In this document: piece by piece, positions 63,941 to 64,000 of the stretch
Layout of the letters: each line of letters starts with the position of its first letter
Position numbering within the stretch: the stretch's first letter is position 1
DNA from: Actinomycetes bacterium
Lineage (GTDB): Bacteria; Actinomycetota; Coriobacteriia; Coriobacteriales; UBA8131
Length of the DNA stretch: 64,000 nt
Assembly: GCA_009787085.1 (NCBI GenBank)
Contig: WRGR01000044.1
Span: 81,017 to 145,016, forward strand
Direction of reading: 5' to 3'
The notes under the pieces: model-generated
Databases searched by the model: none
Seen by the model: only the letters and a program-made list of their open reading frames with translations
What the model was told of the DNA's origin: nothing
Program-made: the position numbers and the translations under genes

Positions 63941-64000
63941 TGGTGCCCTCTATAGGATTCGAACCTACGACCTTCTGCTCCGGAGGCAGACGCTCTATCC
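63941..64000 (-). tRNA. tRNA-Arg (anticodon CCG), 3' 60 nt; the 5' end lies beyond the window
   Basis: Reverse complement reads GGATAGAGCG TCTGC-CTCCGGA-GCAGA AGGTCGTAGGTTCGAATCCTATAGAGGGCACCA. Confidence 0.8.

Noticed and set aside
1-64000. CRISPR arrays, IS elements, integrases, prophage genes or a reverse transcriptase/DGR.
   Set aside because: The only tandem repeats found are short (9-18 bp, 2-3 copies) and lie inside or at the edges of coding regions. No transposase, integrase or RT motifs appear in any ORF of the six-frame track.

Overview
About 60 features on a high-GC chromosomal segment with a few visibly AT-rich patches (judged by eye, not computed). Gene content suggests an anaerobic Gram-positive of the Coriobacteriia type; that assignment is inference only. 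Left to right: (1) a purine module on the minus strand (adenine deaminase, AzgA-type purine permease, three-subunit xanthine-dehydrogenase-family molybdoenzyme). (2) RNase P RNA. (3) A NuoE/NuoF/FdhA NAD-linked formate dehydrogenase. (4) An AT-richer GT1 glycosyltransferase. (5) A vapBC-headed array carrying a PaaK-like adenylating ligase and an M24 peptidase. (6) ecfA1-ecfA2-ecfT. (7) A Tat-type dmsA-dmsB-torD-like set with no anchor gene. (8) An AT-rich one-gene DUF2130 island next to tRNA-Val. (9) uvrB, coaE and tRNA-Leu. (10) A 12-kb, 14-gene plus-strand sulfate-to-homocysteine cluster: cysPTWA, AprAB-like, cysDN, metY, small sulfite reductase, TusA-like, ThiS-like ending GGGR, ThiF-like, JAMM protease. 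(11) An orphan anaerobic sulfatase maturase, a dienelactone hydrolase and a class II aldolase. (12) A divergent MetRS-like protein with a degenerate KMSKS motif. (13) A class I aldolase, an EamA transporter, nadE and rlmH. (14) A long minus-strand cell-shape operon (ppi, TPR, mreBCD, pbp2, rodA) continuing into a DUF697-like gene and the TIGR03960/TIGR03936 radical-SAM pair. (15) A partial tRNA-Arg at the right edge. No CRISPR array, transposase or integrase was seen. The strongest lead is the protein-thiocarboxylate sulfur-carrier module fused to a sulfate pathway that uses a dissimilatory-type APS reductase. Its leader carries two SD-preceded mini-ORFs, and the Cys-rich second one is stop/start coupled to cysP.
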